A DNA stretch of 64,000 nt from the IMG/VR virus record IMGVR_UViG_3300017917_001336, positions 32,001 to 96,000 of that record, one strand, 5' to 3'. Of the stretch, positions 9,889-18,579 are shown piece after piece. Position 1 is the first letter of the stretch; every line of letters starts with the position of its first letter. This stretch comes from a virus. The notes beneath the pieces are model-generated. The model worked only from the letters and a program-made list of their open reading frames with translations, made no database searches and was not told the DNA's origin. Position numbers and translations under genes: made by a program.

Positions 9889-10944
9889 ATGGCAACTTTA
9901 AAAAATTCGATAATTAGCGACACAGGTTTTTTTGATTTACCTGGAGGTACAACAGCTCAACGTCCGGCTAGCCCAGTATCGGGAATGCTTCGTTTTAACA
10001 CAGATTTAAATTGTGCAGAATTTTACAACGGAACAACCTGGGTTCAAATTGAAAATCAAACAGTTAACTCAACGGGTGAAATTACTAAAACAGTACTACA
10101 CGTTTTTAATCAAGTAGGCAGTTATACATTTACACCACCAGTTGGTGTTGATGTAGTTCAAGTATTAGTAGTTGCTGGCGGTGGCGGCGGTGGTTCACGT
10201 AACGGTGGCGCAAACGGTGGCGGTACTGACGGGGGTGCAGGCGGCGGCGCTGGCGGCTTTGTTGAAGTAGGTTACTATCCAGTAACAGGCGGAGTAGGTA
10301 TTCCTGTTGTTGTGGGTCGAGGTGGCGTTGGCGGTTCTAGACCAGCTGTACCGGGACAAAGCCCAGGCGAAAACGGAACAAACTCATCATTTGGAGCACT
10401 AATTGCAATCGGTGGTGGAGGCGGAGGATGCGGGCCAGGCGGCCCAGCTGCTGACGGAAAACCGGGCGGTTCAGGTGGCGGACGTGGAGGCGGCGGCTCT
10501 CCAAATACCGGCGTTACCGGAACAGGTACACAAAAATCACAACCAACTGCATCAGGCGGCGGCACACGTGGCTGGGGATACCCAGGCGGTTATAATCCAA
10601 ACGTGTCCAACTATTCTGGTGCTGGTGGTGGCGGTGCCGGTGGCGCAGGATATGACGGTGGTTCTAGTAGAACAGCACCAGGCGGCCAAGGACGTATGAG
10701 TATGATTACTGGATATCAAGTTTGGTATGCAGGTGGTGGCGGCGGAGCCAGTGGATCAAGTGCTAGCCACGCAGGTCAAGGTGGTCTTGGCGGCGGCGGC
10801 CGCGGAAACGGATATAGTGCCAGCGGAGATCCGGGCGGATTTGCATCTGGCGGTGGTGGTGGTGGCGGATCTGGAGGTAACTCTGGTGACGGCGCAGGCT
10901 ACGGCGGCGATGGCGGTCCAGGAATTGTTATTGTTAGATATTAA
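9889..10944 (+). CDS. Glycine-rich virion/fibre protein, paralog 3 (single Gly-rich domain)
   Basis: LPGGTTAQRP..GMLRFNTD..EFYNGTTW anchor, then one Gly-rich domain ending GGPGIVIVRY. Confidence 0.75.
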   Translation: MATLKNSIISDTGFFDLPGGTTAQRPASPVSGMLRFNTDLNCAEFYNGTTWVQIENQTVNSTGEITKTVLHVFNQVGSYTFTPPVGVDVVQVLVVAGGGGGGSRNGGANGGGTDGGAGGGAGGFVEVGYYPVTGGVGIPVVVGRGGVGGSRPAVPGQSPGENGTNSSFGALIAIGGGGGGCGPGGPAADGKPGGSGGGRGGGGSPNTGVTGTGTQKSQPTASGGGTRGWGYPGGYNPNVSNYSGAGGGGAGGAGYDGGSSRTAPGGQGRMSMITGYQVWYAGGGGGASGSSASHAGQGGLGGGGRGNGYSASGDPGGFASGGGGGGGSGGNSGDGAGYGGDGGPGIVIVRY

Positions 10945-10953
10945 GGAATTGAA

Positions 10954-11160
10954 ATGTTACCGTTAACAACAGAAGATGCAGCTCAACTAAATCTACATTA
11001 TCAAGGATATACTATTGATTCTAGTAAAGGTCCTCATTTAGCTACAAACGAACTAGTAGCTAAATGCCACACAGAAAAATTACCTAGCGGAAATGTTGCA
11101 CATTTGTACTATGATCTAGCAGCTGATCATGTATATGTGTATGACGTTACACCAGGTTAA
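10954..11160 (+). CDS. Hypothetical protein
   Basis: AAGGA RBS, 68 aa; same position after a Gly-rich gene as 5605..5904. Confidence 0.5.
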   Translation: MLPLTTEDAAQLNLHYQGYTIDSSKGPHLATNELVAKCHTEKLPSGNVAHLYYDLAADHVYVYDVTPG

Positions 11161-11801
11161 CTGTAACCATACAGTTCAAACTGTCTTTCAGAACTTAACT
11201 TTCTAGTATTTGAATTTAAACCTAACATTGGCCGAGTGTCGTATTTTAATTCAGCTCTCGGCCCGTTTGCACGAACATAGAACATAAATGCGTTAATTTG
11301 TTCTCGCCCGTGGTATGGGGTTCTCCAGTGAGGAAGCTCATGTCCTCTGTACATAATAGCATCTCCTGGTTCTTGAACTATTTCCATAACAGTTTTATCT
11401 TTGTCTTCCATGTATAATGGCCAAGGTGTTGTAGTTTCGTCCACTTCTATACACAACGACACACTAAATTCTGATGCAGATCTATCAATGTGTCTTAACA
11501 TCTCTGCACCATTTGAATATATTCTAGCATATGAATATGTAGGAAATACAGGCTCCTTAAGATAATTTTCTACAACTGATTTAATTAAACTATCTGAAAG
11601 AGCTTCAAAACATAATGGACTGTACCATGAAAAACTACGATTTACCATTTCGTCATGCCACGGAAACTCATTTTCAGTAGTAGGTCTTTGAACAGCATAC
11701 GCAAGCTCTCTAGCTAATTTAAATTCTCTTGCTAAAATTTTACACGCATCTTTATGTACAGCATTTTTTAAAATAGCGTACCCATCTTTTTCAAAACTCA
11801 T
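11157..11801 (-). CDS. 2OG-Fe(II) oxygenase-like protein
   Basis: PTYSYARIY...LRHIDR.SEFSVSL...GDAIMYRG..LPHWR; paralog of 15034..15693. Confidence 0.8.
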   Translation of the reverse strand: MSFEKDGYAILKNAVHKDACKILAREFKLARELAYAVQRPTTENEFPWHDEMVNRSFSWYSPLCFEALSDSLIKSVVENYLKEPVFPTYSYARIYSNGAEMLRHIDRSASEFSVSLCIEVDETTTPWPLYMEDKDKTVMEIVQEPGDAIMYRGHELPHWRTPYHGREQINAFMFYVRANGPRAELKYDTRPMLGLNSNTRKLSSERQFELYGYS

Positions 11802-13501
11802 AGAGAATCCTTTTTTATTAATAGATTAAATTCTGGCAAATACAAATAATTAATTTCAGATCTGCGAATAGTACCTAGCGCATCATCGATAGTTTCTACT
11901 ATACAATCACCAGCTAAATTAAAACTAGTATTGAACAGTATAGGCACGCCTGTTAGTTTATAAAACTCATTAATTAAGTTGTAAAAATGTTTATTATCAT
12001 CATGTTTTAAAGTTTGTACTCGACAAGTGCCATCAACATGTGTTATAGCTGGTATTTCTGATTGTTTATTTTTATGAACATTAACAGCAAACATCATGTA
12101 AGGACTTTCATGCAACCCCCTTAAGTCAAACCAATCATTTGCATATTCATGCAATACAGTACCAGCAAATGGCCTAAACCATTCTCTTTGTTTAACAGTA
12201 TTAACATGATCCTTTCCCACTGGATCTCTAGGATCATATAGGATGCTACGATTTCCTAATGCTCTAGGGCCAGCCTCGCTTCTTCCTTGATACATTGCTA
12301 CAATATTTTTATTAGCAATGATTGTTGCTACATCACTCGGCGTAACAACTGTATAAGTTTCCTTAACCAATTTAGAAATTATATCATTGACAGAATAACT
12401 ATACTCTAATCCATAGTATAATGATTTTTGAGGACGCTTTGTAGTATCTTTTGTTTTTTCGTGCCAGATTAACTTAGCCGCTCCAATGCTAGTGCCGGCA
12501 TCTGATGAAATTGGTTCAACATATATTTTTATGTCTGGCGGCAGTTCATTTAAAAATTCATAGTTAGCTACACAATTTAAAAAGTAACCACCAGATAAAC
12601 ATACATTCTTACACCCAGTAAGTTTTACCATTTTGAGGATATATGACTTAATTTCGTTTTGAGTTTGAGTTTGCAAACTGTAAGCAAAATCAGCTTGTGT
12701 TTGAAAATCTGCATTTATTAAGTGCGGAGCTAACTTTGTATTAACTTCGACTGTTCTTAAATCGTTTTGTTTAGGTTTAAATAACTCTGTATTCACAAAA
12801 CCTTGTTTAATAATAGCCGGATTCCGATCATCGTTCCTTCCATAGGAACTCATACCCATAACTTTACCAGCATCTAACTCGTGAAATCCAAATTGTTTTG
12901 ATGTCTTTTGAAACGCCAATGCTTCACTGATTGCATTTGTAATTTTAACATTATCGTCAACTATAACGTTAGCTTCAAACGGCACTGACACTACTTTATC
13001 AAGTTGAACAAAATTAGCAGGATAATTAGCAATAAAAGTTGTACTAGATTCTCTACCGTACGAACCTTGCAAAAATCTTTGGTCATTTATGTAGTAATCA
13101 CTGCCCATTCCGTCTTTAATAATACAAAGAGCTTGGTCAAATCCTGAATTATAAAATGCACACGCAGCATGTAACTTGTGATGATGTGCCCATAGGTCAT
13201 AAAAATTATAATCTTTATTATAGAAATCTTTGTTTAATCTTGATATAAAGGTTGTATAGACATTGTCTGTAGTAAAATTTTCTACAGGAACTGTTGGCCC
13301 AACACCAGCTACACAAATATCGTTAACATGATCTACATAGTCGGGTAATTTTGCCAGTGTTTGAAACACATACGCATCGTATTTTATGTTAGACAACCGT
13401 TCGTTTTCTAAATGGAATACCATCTCGCCATTTTTTAAAACGGTTACAGCAGAATTGTGTACTCTGCTTATTCCTACAGTAATGTGGTCGTGTTTGCTCA
13501 T
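11798..13501 (-). CDS. Carbamoyltransferase, NodU/CmcH/TobZ family (full length)
   Basis: HHKLHAACAFY, GKVMGMSSYG, LSGGYFLNCVAN, DAGTSIGAA, GRSEAGPRALGNRSIL, KQREWFRPFAG, HVDGTCRVQT, NTSFN. Confidence 0.92.
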   Translation of the reverse strand: MSKHDHITVGISRVHNSAVTVLKNGEMVFHLENERLSNIKYDAYVFQTLAKLPDYVDHVNDICVAGVGPTVPVENFTTDNVYTTFISRLNKDFYNKDYNFYDLWAHHHKLHAACAFYNSGFDQALCIIKDGMGSDYYINDQRFLQGSYGRESSTTFIANYPANFVQLDKVVSVPFEANVIVDDNVKITNAISEALAFQKTSKQFGFHELDAGKVMGMSSYGRNDDRNPAIIKQGFVNTELFKPKQNDLRTVEVNTKLAPHLINADFQTQADFAYSLQTQTQNEIKSYILKMVKLTGCKNVCLSGGYFLNCVANYEFLNELPPDIKIYVEPISSDAGTSIGAAKLIWHEKTKDTTKRPQKSLYYGLEYSYSVNDIISKLVKETYTVVTPSDVATIIANKNIVAMYQGRSEAGPRALGNRSILYDPRDPVGKDHVNTVKQREWFRPFAGTVLHEYANDWFDLRGLHESPYMMFAVNVHKNKQSEIPAITHVDGTCRVQTLKHDDNKHFYNLINEFYKLTGVPILFNTSFNLAGDCIVETIDDALGTIRRSEINYLYLPEFNLLIKKDSL

Positions 13502-13574
13502 GATTAACTAGTTATCTTCAAAACTTTCAAGCCCTAAAATATTGTACTATAAATACTTGCCACCGTAAAGAGAA

Positions 13575-14237
13575 ATGACTATGTTCACTAATATTGAAAA
13601 ATCGCCCGAAAACTCAAATTTTGCATCAAAAGATTTAATTGATAAAACAATAGAGTCAAAAGACCAACAGCGTGTTGATCTTTATCAACCAAAAGCACCT
13701 GAAGGGTTGTTATCTATTGCTACCGCTACATTATTCAATAATGAAGAATGTAAAAAAATTATTGATAGTTGCATTGGCGAGCTTTGGACACCAGTTAAAG
13801 TGTACGGATCTGGAAACATACATCGAGCATCAATGCAACGATTAAGAGGAAATTTATCAGAGCATCCTTTAAATTTATTTCGAGAGGCAATTGTATCTGC
13901 TAACGCAGAAATATACAACTTTAGTCTTGTAGGCATGATTGACTTAGATTATCCTCAAGTAGCTCGATATAGTAAAGGTGATTTCTATGATCTTCATACT
14001 GAAATTAATCCTATGACTCTAACAAGAAAACTTTCGTTTCTTGTTATGTTAAACGATCCATCAGAGTACGAGGGCGGTGAAATTGAATTTTTAAATACAG
14101 AATTAAAACACGAAGAAACTTCACAAGTTGGTACTATGCTTATCTTTCCTAGTTTTTTAACTTATAGAATTAAGCCTGTAAAGAAAGGAAGTAGATATGT
14201 AGTTACTGGAAGCATTCATGGAGATTCGTTTAAATGA
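13575..14237 (+). CDS. 2OG-Fe(II) oxygenase-like protein, distal His replaced (possibly inactive)
   Basis: YDLHTE..RKLSFLVMLNDPSEYEGGE...FPSFLTYRIKPVKKGSRY; perfect TATAAATA at 13548-13555. Confidence 0.75.
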   Translation: MTMFTNIEKSPENSNFASKDLIDKTIESKDQQRVDLYQPKAPEGLLSIATATLFNNEECKKIIDSCIGELWTPVKVYGSGNIHRASMQRLRGNLSEHPLNLFREAIVSANAEIYNFSLVGMIDLDYPQVARYSKGDFYDLHTEINPMTLTRKLSFLVMLNDPSEYEGGEIEFLNTELKHEETSQVGTMLIFPSFLTYRIKPVKKGSRYVVTGSIHGDSFK

Positions 14238-15037
14238 TATTAGAAAATAATTATTTTTGGTTTAAATCTGCATTAAGTCCCGAGGTATGTAATAAAATTA
14301 TCGACTTGGGAGAAGAAAAACTAGCAGAATTAGAGCGACAGTTTGGTGAAAGAGCTACGGAAGCTACTACATTTGATCACAAACAAAAGAATGGGTCTAT
14401 CGGTGATGAGCCTGCTGGTAAATTATCTGCAGGTGCATTATCAAGAGAAGGTAGATTAAAAAAAGGTATTAAAGAAGAAGATGTTTACATTCGTGATACA
14501 AAAGTATCGTGGTTAGACGATCGCTGGATTTACGACTTAATACATCCGTACATCCACGAAGCAAATTATCGAGCAGGTTGGAATTTTGAATGGGATTGGT
14601 CAGAATCCTGTCAATTTACAAAGTATGGTATCGATCAGTTTTATGGTTGGCATACTGACTCTGGTTGGGAACCTTATACACGATTTGACCCCGAAGTTGA
14701 CGAAATTGTTAGATATGCCGACGGCACTCCTATGTTAGATGCTTTTAACAACGTCATACCAAAAAATAGACATAAGATTACAGATGAAAATAAAATTGGG
14801 AAGATTAGAAAAATTAGTGTTACTATTAATTTGACCGACCCAAAAAACTATGACGGCGGAAACTTAAAATTTGATTTTGGACCACACGCTGAAAAAAGAT
14901 TTCATACATGTACTGAAATTAGACCAAAGGGTAGTATAATTGTTTTTCCGTCACATGTATATCATCAAGTAACCCCAGTAACTAGAGGTACACGATACAG
15001 TCTAGTTTTATGGAATTTAGGAAAGCCATTCAGATGA
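14234..15037 (+). CDS. 2OG-Fe(II) oxygenase (PKHD/prolyl-4-hydroxylase-like)
   Basis: FYGWHTD...RKISVTINL..YDGGNL...FPSHVYHQVTPVTRGTRYSLVLW. Confidence 0.88.
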   Translation: MILENNYFWFKSALSPEVCNKIIDLGEEKLAELERQFGERATEATTFDHKQKNGSIGDEPAGKLSAGALSREGRLKKGIKEEDVYIRDTKVSWLDDRWIYDLIHPYIHEANYRAGWNFEWDWSESCQFTKYGIDQFYGWHTDSGWEPYTRFDPEVDEIVRYADGTPMLDAFNNVIPKNRHKITDENKIGKIRKISVTINLTDPKNYDGGNLKFDFGPHAEKRFHTCTEIRPKGSIIVFPSHVYHQVTPVTRGTRYSLVLWNLGKPFR

Positions 15038-15693
15038 GCAACGCAGAATATTTTAAAGAACATCATTATACAGTTATTAAAGGTATTATACCTCAAGAAA
15101 TTTGTAACGTAGCTACTAAGTATGCGTTATTAAAAATGGAAACTGAGTTTAATCCTGAAGATGTAAGAACTGGACAAATTCCAGGAACACATTCTATCTA
15201 CAGCGATACACTAATGGAAACATTAATGCATTTTATGTTGCCACACATGGAAGCAGCAACAGGATTAGAATTATGTCCAACATATACTTACTACAGAGTT
15301 TACAAAGCAGGTGATGAATTGCTTAGACATAAAGATAGAGAAAGTTGTGAGATATCAACAACTGTATGTTTTGGATTTAATTATCTAAGTGATGATTCCA
15401 ACTATCGTTGGCCTATATTTGTAGACGAAAAATCTGTTTCTGTTTCTACTAAAAACGGATTTGTATCAGCAAACAATCCAGGAGTTTCAGTTAGCATGGA
15501 ACCTGGAGATGCTGTTGTATATCGAGGTTGCGAAGTAGAGCATTGGCGAGAAAAATTTGATGTAAAAGAAGGTAGTTATCACGTACAAGCATTCTTACAT
15601 TATATTGATAAGAATGGTCCGTACTATCCTGAATTTGCGTTTGACGGTCGCAAAGGCATTGGATATAAAAAAGATTACACTTACACAAAATAA
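15034..15693 (+). CDS. 2OG-Fe(II) oxygenase-like protein
   Basis: PTYTYYRVY...LRHKDRESCEIS...GDAVVYRG..EHWRE..QAFLHY; ATGA overlap with upstream gene gives start 15034. Confidence 0.8.
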   Translation: MSNAEYFKEHHYTVIKGIIPQEICNVATKYALLKMETEFNPEDVRTGQIPGTHSIYSDTLMETLMHFMLPHMEAATGLELCPTYTYYRVYKAGDELLRHKDRESCEISTTVCFGFNYLSDDSNYRWPIFVDEKSVSVSTKNGFVSANNPGVSVSMEPGDAVVYRGCEVEHWREKFDVKEGSYHVQAFLHYIDKNGPYYPEFAFDGRKGIGYKKDYTYTK

Positions 15694-16361
15694 TGGCACA
15701 TTTGTACACTGATTTTATTTTTTGTAAAAATAATTTTTTTAAAAATCCAAAACGTGTATTGGAGTTTGCTAACTCTTTAGATTTTTCATTTAAAAATAGT
15801 GCGTTCCCTGGAACAAGGACAGAAAACTTAGCATTATCTAAAGATCCGGTTTCTAAAGAATTTGCACAATTTTTTGCAAGAAAACTTGTAAATGAAGTTT
15901 ATACTAACATTATTGACTTAGATATTGATATTCGTTTTCACAAGTACCCTAATTTACATGAAGATGCTGAATTAGACATTGGATGGGTACATCAAGATGA
16001 TAATGAATTATTAGCAGGTCTTGTTTATCTAAATGAAGATGTGGATAATTTTGATTCAGGCACATCGTTTTACAGTTCCCCTAATAACTTTGATTATCCA
16101 GGACAAATTAGATTAGATTTTAATTCTAATAACGCTGACATCAATTTAGAAAATTATAAAACTTGCTTGAAAAACCATACAGGACAATTTAAAGAAAATG
16201 CAAGAGTAGGTAATTTATATAATCGATTAATAACATATGATTCAAATGTTTTCCATAGACCCAATTCTTATAATACAGGCGACGGAAACAATAGACTCAT
16301 ATTAATTTTTGTAGTATCAAACTACTCATATAGAAATCGTGAATATGAGATTCACGAGTGA
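15693..16361 (+). CDS. 2OG-Fe(II) oxygenase-like protein
   Basis: FPGTRT, GWVHQD..LAGLVYLN..SGTSFY...YNRLITYDS.VFHRP..RLILIF. Confidence 0.7.
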   Translation: MAHLYTDFIFCKNNFFKNPKRVLEFANSLDFSFKNSAFPGTRTENLALSKDPVSKEFAQFFARKLVNEVYTNIIDLDIDIRFHKYPNLHEDAELDIGWVHQDDNELLAGLVYLNEDVDNFDSGTSFYSSPNNFDYPGQIRLDFNSNNADINLENYKTCLKNHTGQFKENARVGNLYNRLITYDSNVFHRPNSYNTGDGNNRLILIFVVSNYSYRNREYEIHE

Positions 16362-16391
16362 TAAGTAAACTTAAAACATTAGGAGATATAA

Positions 16392-16724
16392 ATGTCAGAA
16401 AGACCACAAGTTGAACCGTTTTTTGATTACGGATCAGTAAACGACACACACAAAGAAGCTGCTAAAGCATGTGCTGTAATCTGTGAAGAATGCGGAATTC
16501 CAGAAATTGGCCAAATCATCAAACAGAGATTTGCAATTGAAGAACCTCCAACATACGATTTACATGCATCAGAATTTTATAAAGTTGCAACAGAAAATAA
16601 AATTTCTGTAACAGCTGGCGGTTATATTATGGAAAACGGTATGAAATATCCGTACTGTAATGTTTCAGCTGATATTAGAACATTAGAAAAGTTTTTAGAA
16701 ACTTTAAGATCTCAAAAAGATTAA
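16392..16724 (+). CDS. Hypothetical protein
   Basis: AGGAG RBS, TAAGTA box at 16362. Confidence 0.65.
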   Translation: MSERPQVEPFFDYGSVNDTHKEAAKACAVICEECGIPEIGQIIKQRFAIEEPPTYDLHASEFYKVATENKISVTAGGYIMENGMKYPYCNVSADIRTLEKFLETLRSQKD

Positions 16725-17170
16725 ATTAAATCTACAATATCAAATACAGTTTGTAGTTTAGTTCTAATTGCTTTATTTGAGAAACTATTTCGAAGCCCCT
16801 GATGTAGGGGCTTCGGTGCATAATCAATAGTAGCCCACACCCACCCCATATGTTCTTCACTTAGTGTAGGAATAAATTCGTCTTCTATGACGCACAGATA
16901 AGTGTGAAAATTAAAAACTTTGTCGTTACTAACAAATGTTTCTAGCGGAATAGTTTTGATAATATTTGGTACTTTGCCAATTTCTTCAGTAACTTCTCTT
17001 TGAAGTCCTTGCCACGGATTTTCATTTTGTAAATTAGTACCGCCAACAAGCCCCCAAGTCCCGGTGTGTTTTCCATGAGCTTTTTGTAGTAGTAAAATTC
17101 TTCGTGTAGATTTAGCGTAGAACAATGCTCCGCTACAAACTATACGATCTTTTACAACTCCAGTCTCCAT
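16721..17170 (-). CDS. Nudix hydrolase
   Basis: WGLVGG..NENPWQGLQREVTEEIG Nudix box; LSEEH.GW.W, PLHQG. Confidence 0.85.
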   Translation of the reverse strand: METGVVKDRIVCSGALFYAKSTRRILLLQKAHGKHTGTWGLVGGTNLQNENPWQGLQREVTEEIGKVPNIIKTIPLETFVSNDKVFNFHTYLCVIEDEFIPTLSEEHMGWVWATIDYAPKPLHQGLRNSFSNKAIRTKLQTVFDIVDLI

Positions 17171-18579
17171 GTACCTGCCTTATACTCACCTTCAAACGAT
17201 TTGGCCCACATTACGTTATTCCATACGTATTGTATTCCTGTGTATATATTCGTTTGATAAATGATCTGATCAGGTTCTTGAGCATTGAACACAATTTGCC
17301 AATCAGTACCATCGTATTCAATTATGTCGTTAGCATAGGCAACAAAATCACCCCACGCATCGGTGTCTTTAGTTATGTCATCAACTATTAAGAATCGATC
17401 TCCGGCAGTTTCTCCAGTCATACCGTTACCAGGATACACCTTAGTTGGATCTATGATAGCATCAAAAGTTCCTAAACTTCTACCACCGTTAGCATTTCTG
17501 TCACCTGGACTTGGCAAATCGTCGTCCCAGTGACCAGTATCTGTGTCCCAATTAACTGTTAAGACAGTAGGGTCTAATGGACTAATTGCAACAGTACCTA
17601 TAATTTCAGTACCGTTAGGTTGTGTTAAATGTAATGTGCTAGATCCGGCAGTAAATTTACCAGGGTACTTATCTATAACTTCTTGCCAGTTTAACGGAGT
17701 ACCGTATCTTGTAGGTATATCTAAAGTTGGTTCTCTTGGAGATAACACAGCATCAAGAGGTAAAAGTGTAACTTGACTATTGTACACTTCAATATTATAA
17801 TCAGTAATACTTACTACTTCTCTAGCTAGTAGAGTAGACATACTAATATCTGGTGTAACTAATGGTTGTCCTAAACCGTCAATATAGGTGCTGTCTGATT
17901 GCGAGCCTTGATATAGACTAGCAATAACTTTAGTAATAACGCCAAGGTGTTTAACTTTAACAGGAGGACTTATCCATATAGGCGTTTCTAAAGTTAACGT
18001 AGCAATATCAATAGGACTTTCAGTGCCCATAGGAACACTTCTGCTAGTCCATATGATGTTACTTAAATTTAAAACACTAAGACTAGTCCAGTCAATGTAG
18101 TTGTCTGTTGTTTGTAGTTCAAGACTAGGGTTAAACAATACTAAAATTTGTTCAAGTATTTGTAGTTTCTGTTCTGTGTTTGCCGACCATATATCACATT
18201 TTAAAGTTAACTTAAACGGAGTTGGCATCAAACGTTCTACAGTATAATTGCGTCCCTGGCCTGTAGTATAAACAGGATCGTTAGGATCAGCATCATTAAT
18301 TTCTCTTTCTCTGATATGAACCTTACCAACAAAGGTTGAATCACCAAGTCTGCTGTGATCAATATCTAATGCAGCAATATAAACAGCAATGCGAGGTACA
18401 GAATTAACTTTGTTTTCACTGTTACCTCGGATTATAGATGCTGCTTGTCTGTCCTGATCACCGTACATAACAGGTATACGCACAAGGGTGCCATCACCGT
18501 ACTTGACAGTAAAATTACTTAAAACTCTAATTGTTTGGGCAAGATATCTTCTAATCTGCCCGTCATAAAACCATTGCAT
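17152..18579 (-). CDS. T4 gp15-like tail sheath stabiliser/tail terminator with C-terminal extension
   Basis: FYDGQIRRY..F, IPVMYG, MPTPFKL..DIW...QILEQILVLFNPS pattern; adjacent to neck genes. Confidence 0.7.
   Translation of the reverse strand: MQWFYDGQIRRYLAQTIRVLSNFTVKYGDGTLVRIPVMYGDQDRQAASIIRGNSENKVNSVPRIAVYIAALDIDHSRLGDSTFVGKVHIREREINDADPNDPVYTTGQGRNYTVERLMPTPFKLTLKCDIWSANTEQKLQILEQILVLFNPSLELQTTDNYIDWTSLSVLNLSNIIWTSRSVPMGTESPIDIATLTLETPIWISPPVKVKHLGVITKVIASLYQGSQSDSTYIDGLGQPLVTPDISMSTLLAREVVSITDYNIEVYNSQVTLLPLDAVLSPREPTLDIPTRYGTPLNWQEVIDKYPGKFTAGSSTLHLTQPNGTEIIGTVAISPLDPTVLTVNWDTDTGHWDDDLPSPGDRNANGGRSLGTFDAIIDPTKVYPGNGMTGETAGDRFLIVDDITKDTDAWGDFVAYANDIIEYDGTDWQIVFNAQEPDQIIYQTNIYTGIQYVWNNVMWAKSFEGEYKAGTWRLEL

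Noticed and set aside
3724-10966. Pro-rich antisense ORFs and alternate-frame ORFs over the Gly-rich genes
   Set aside because: Shadows of GGN-rich codons on the real strand; no RBS or promoter support.
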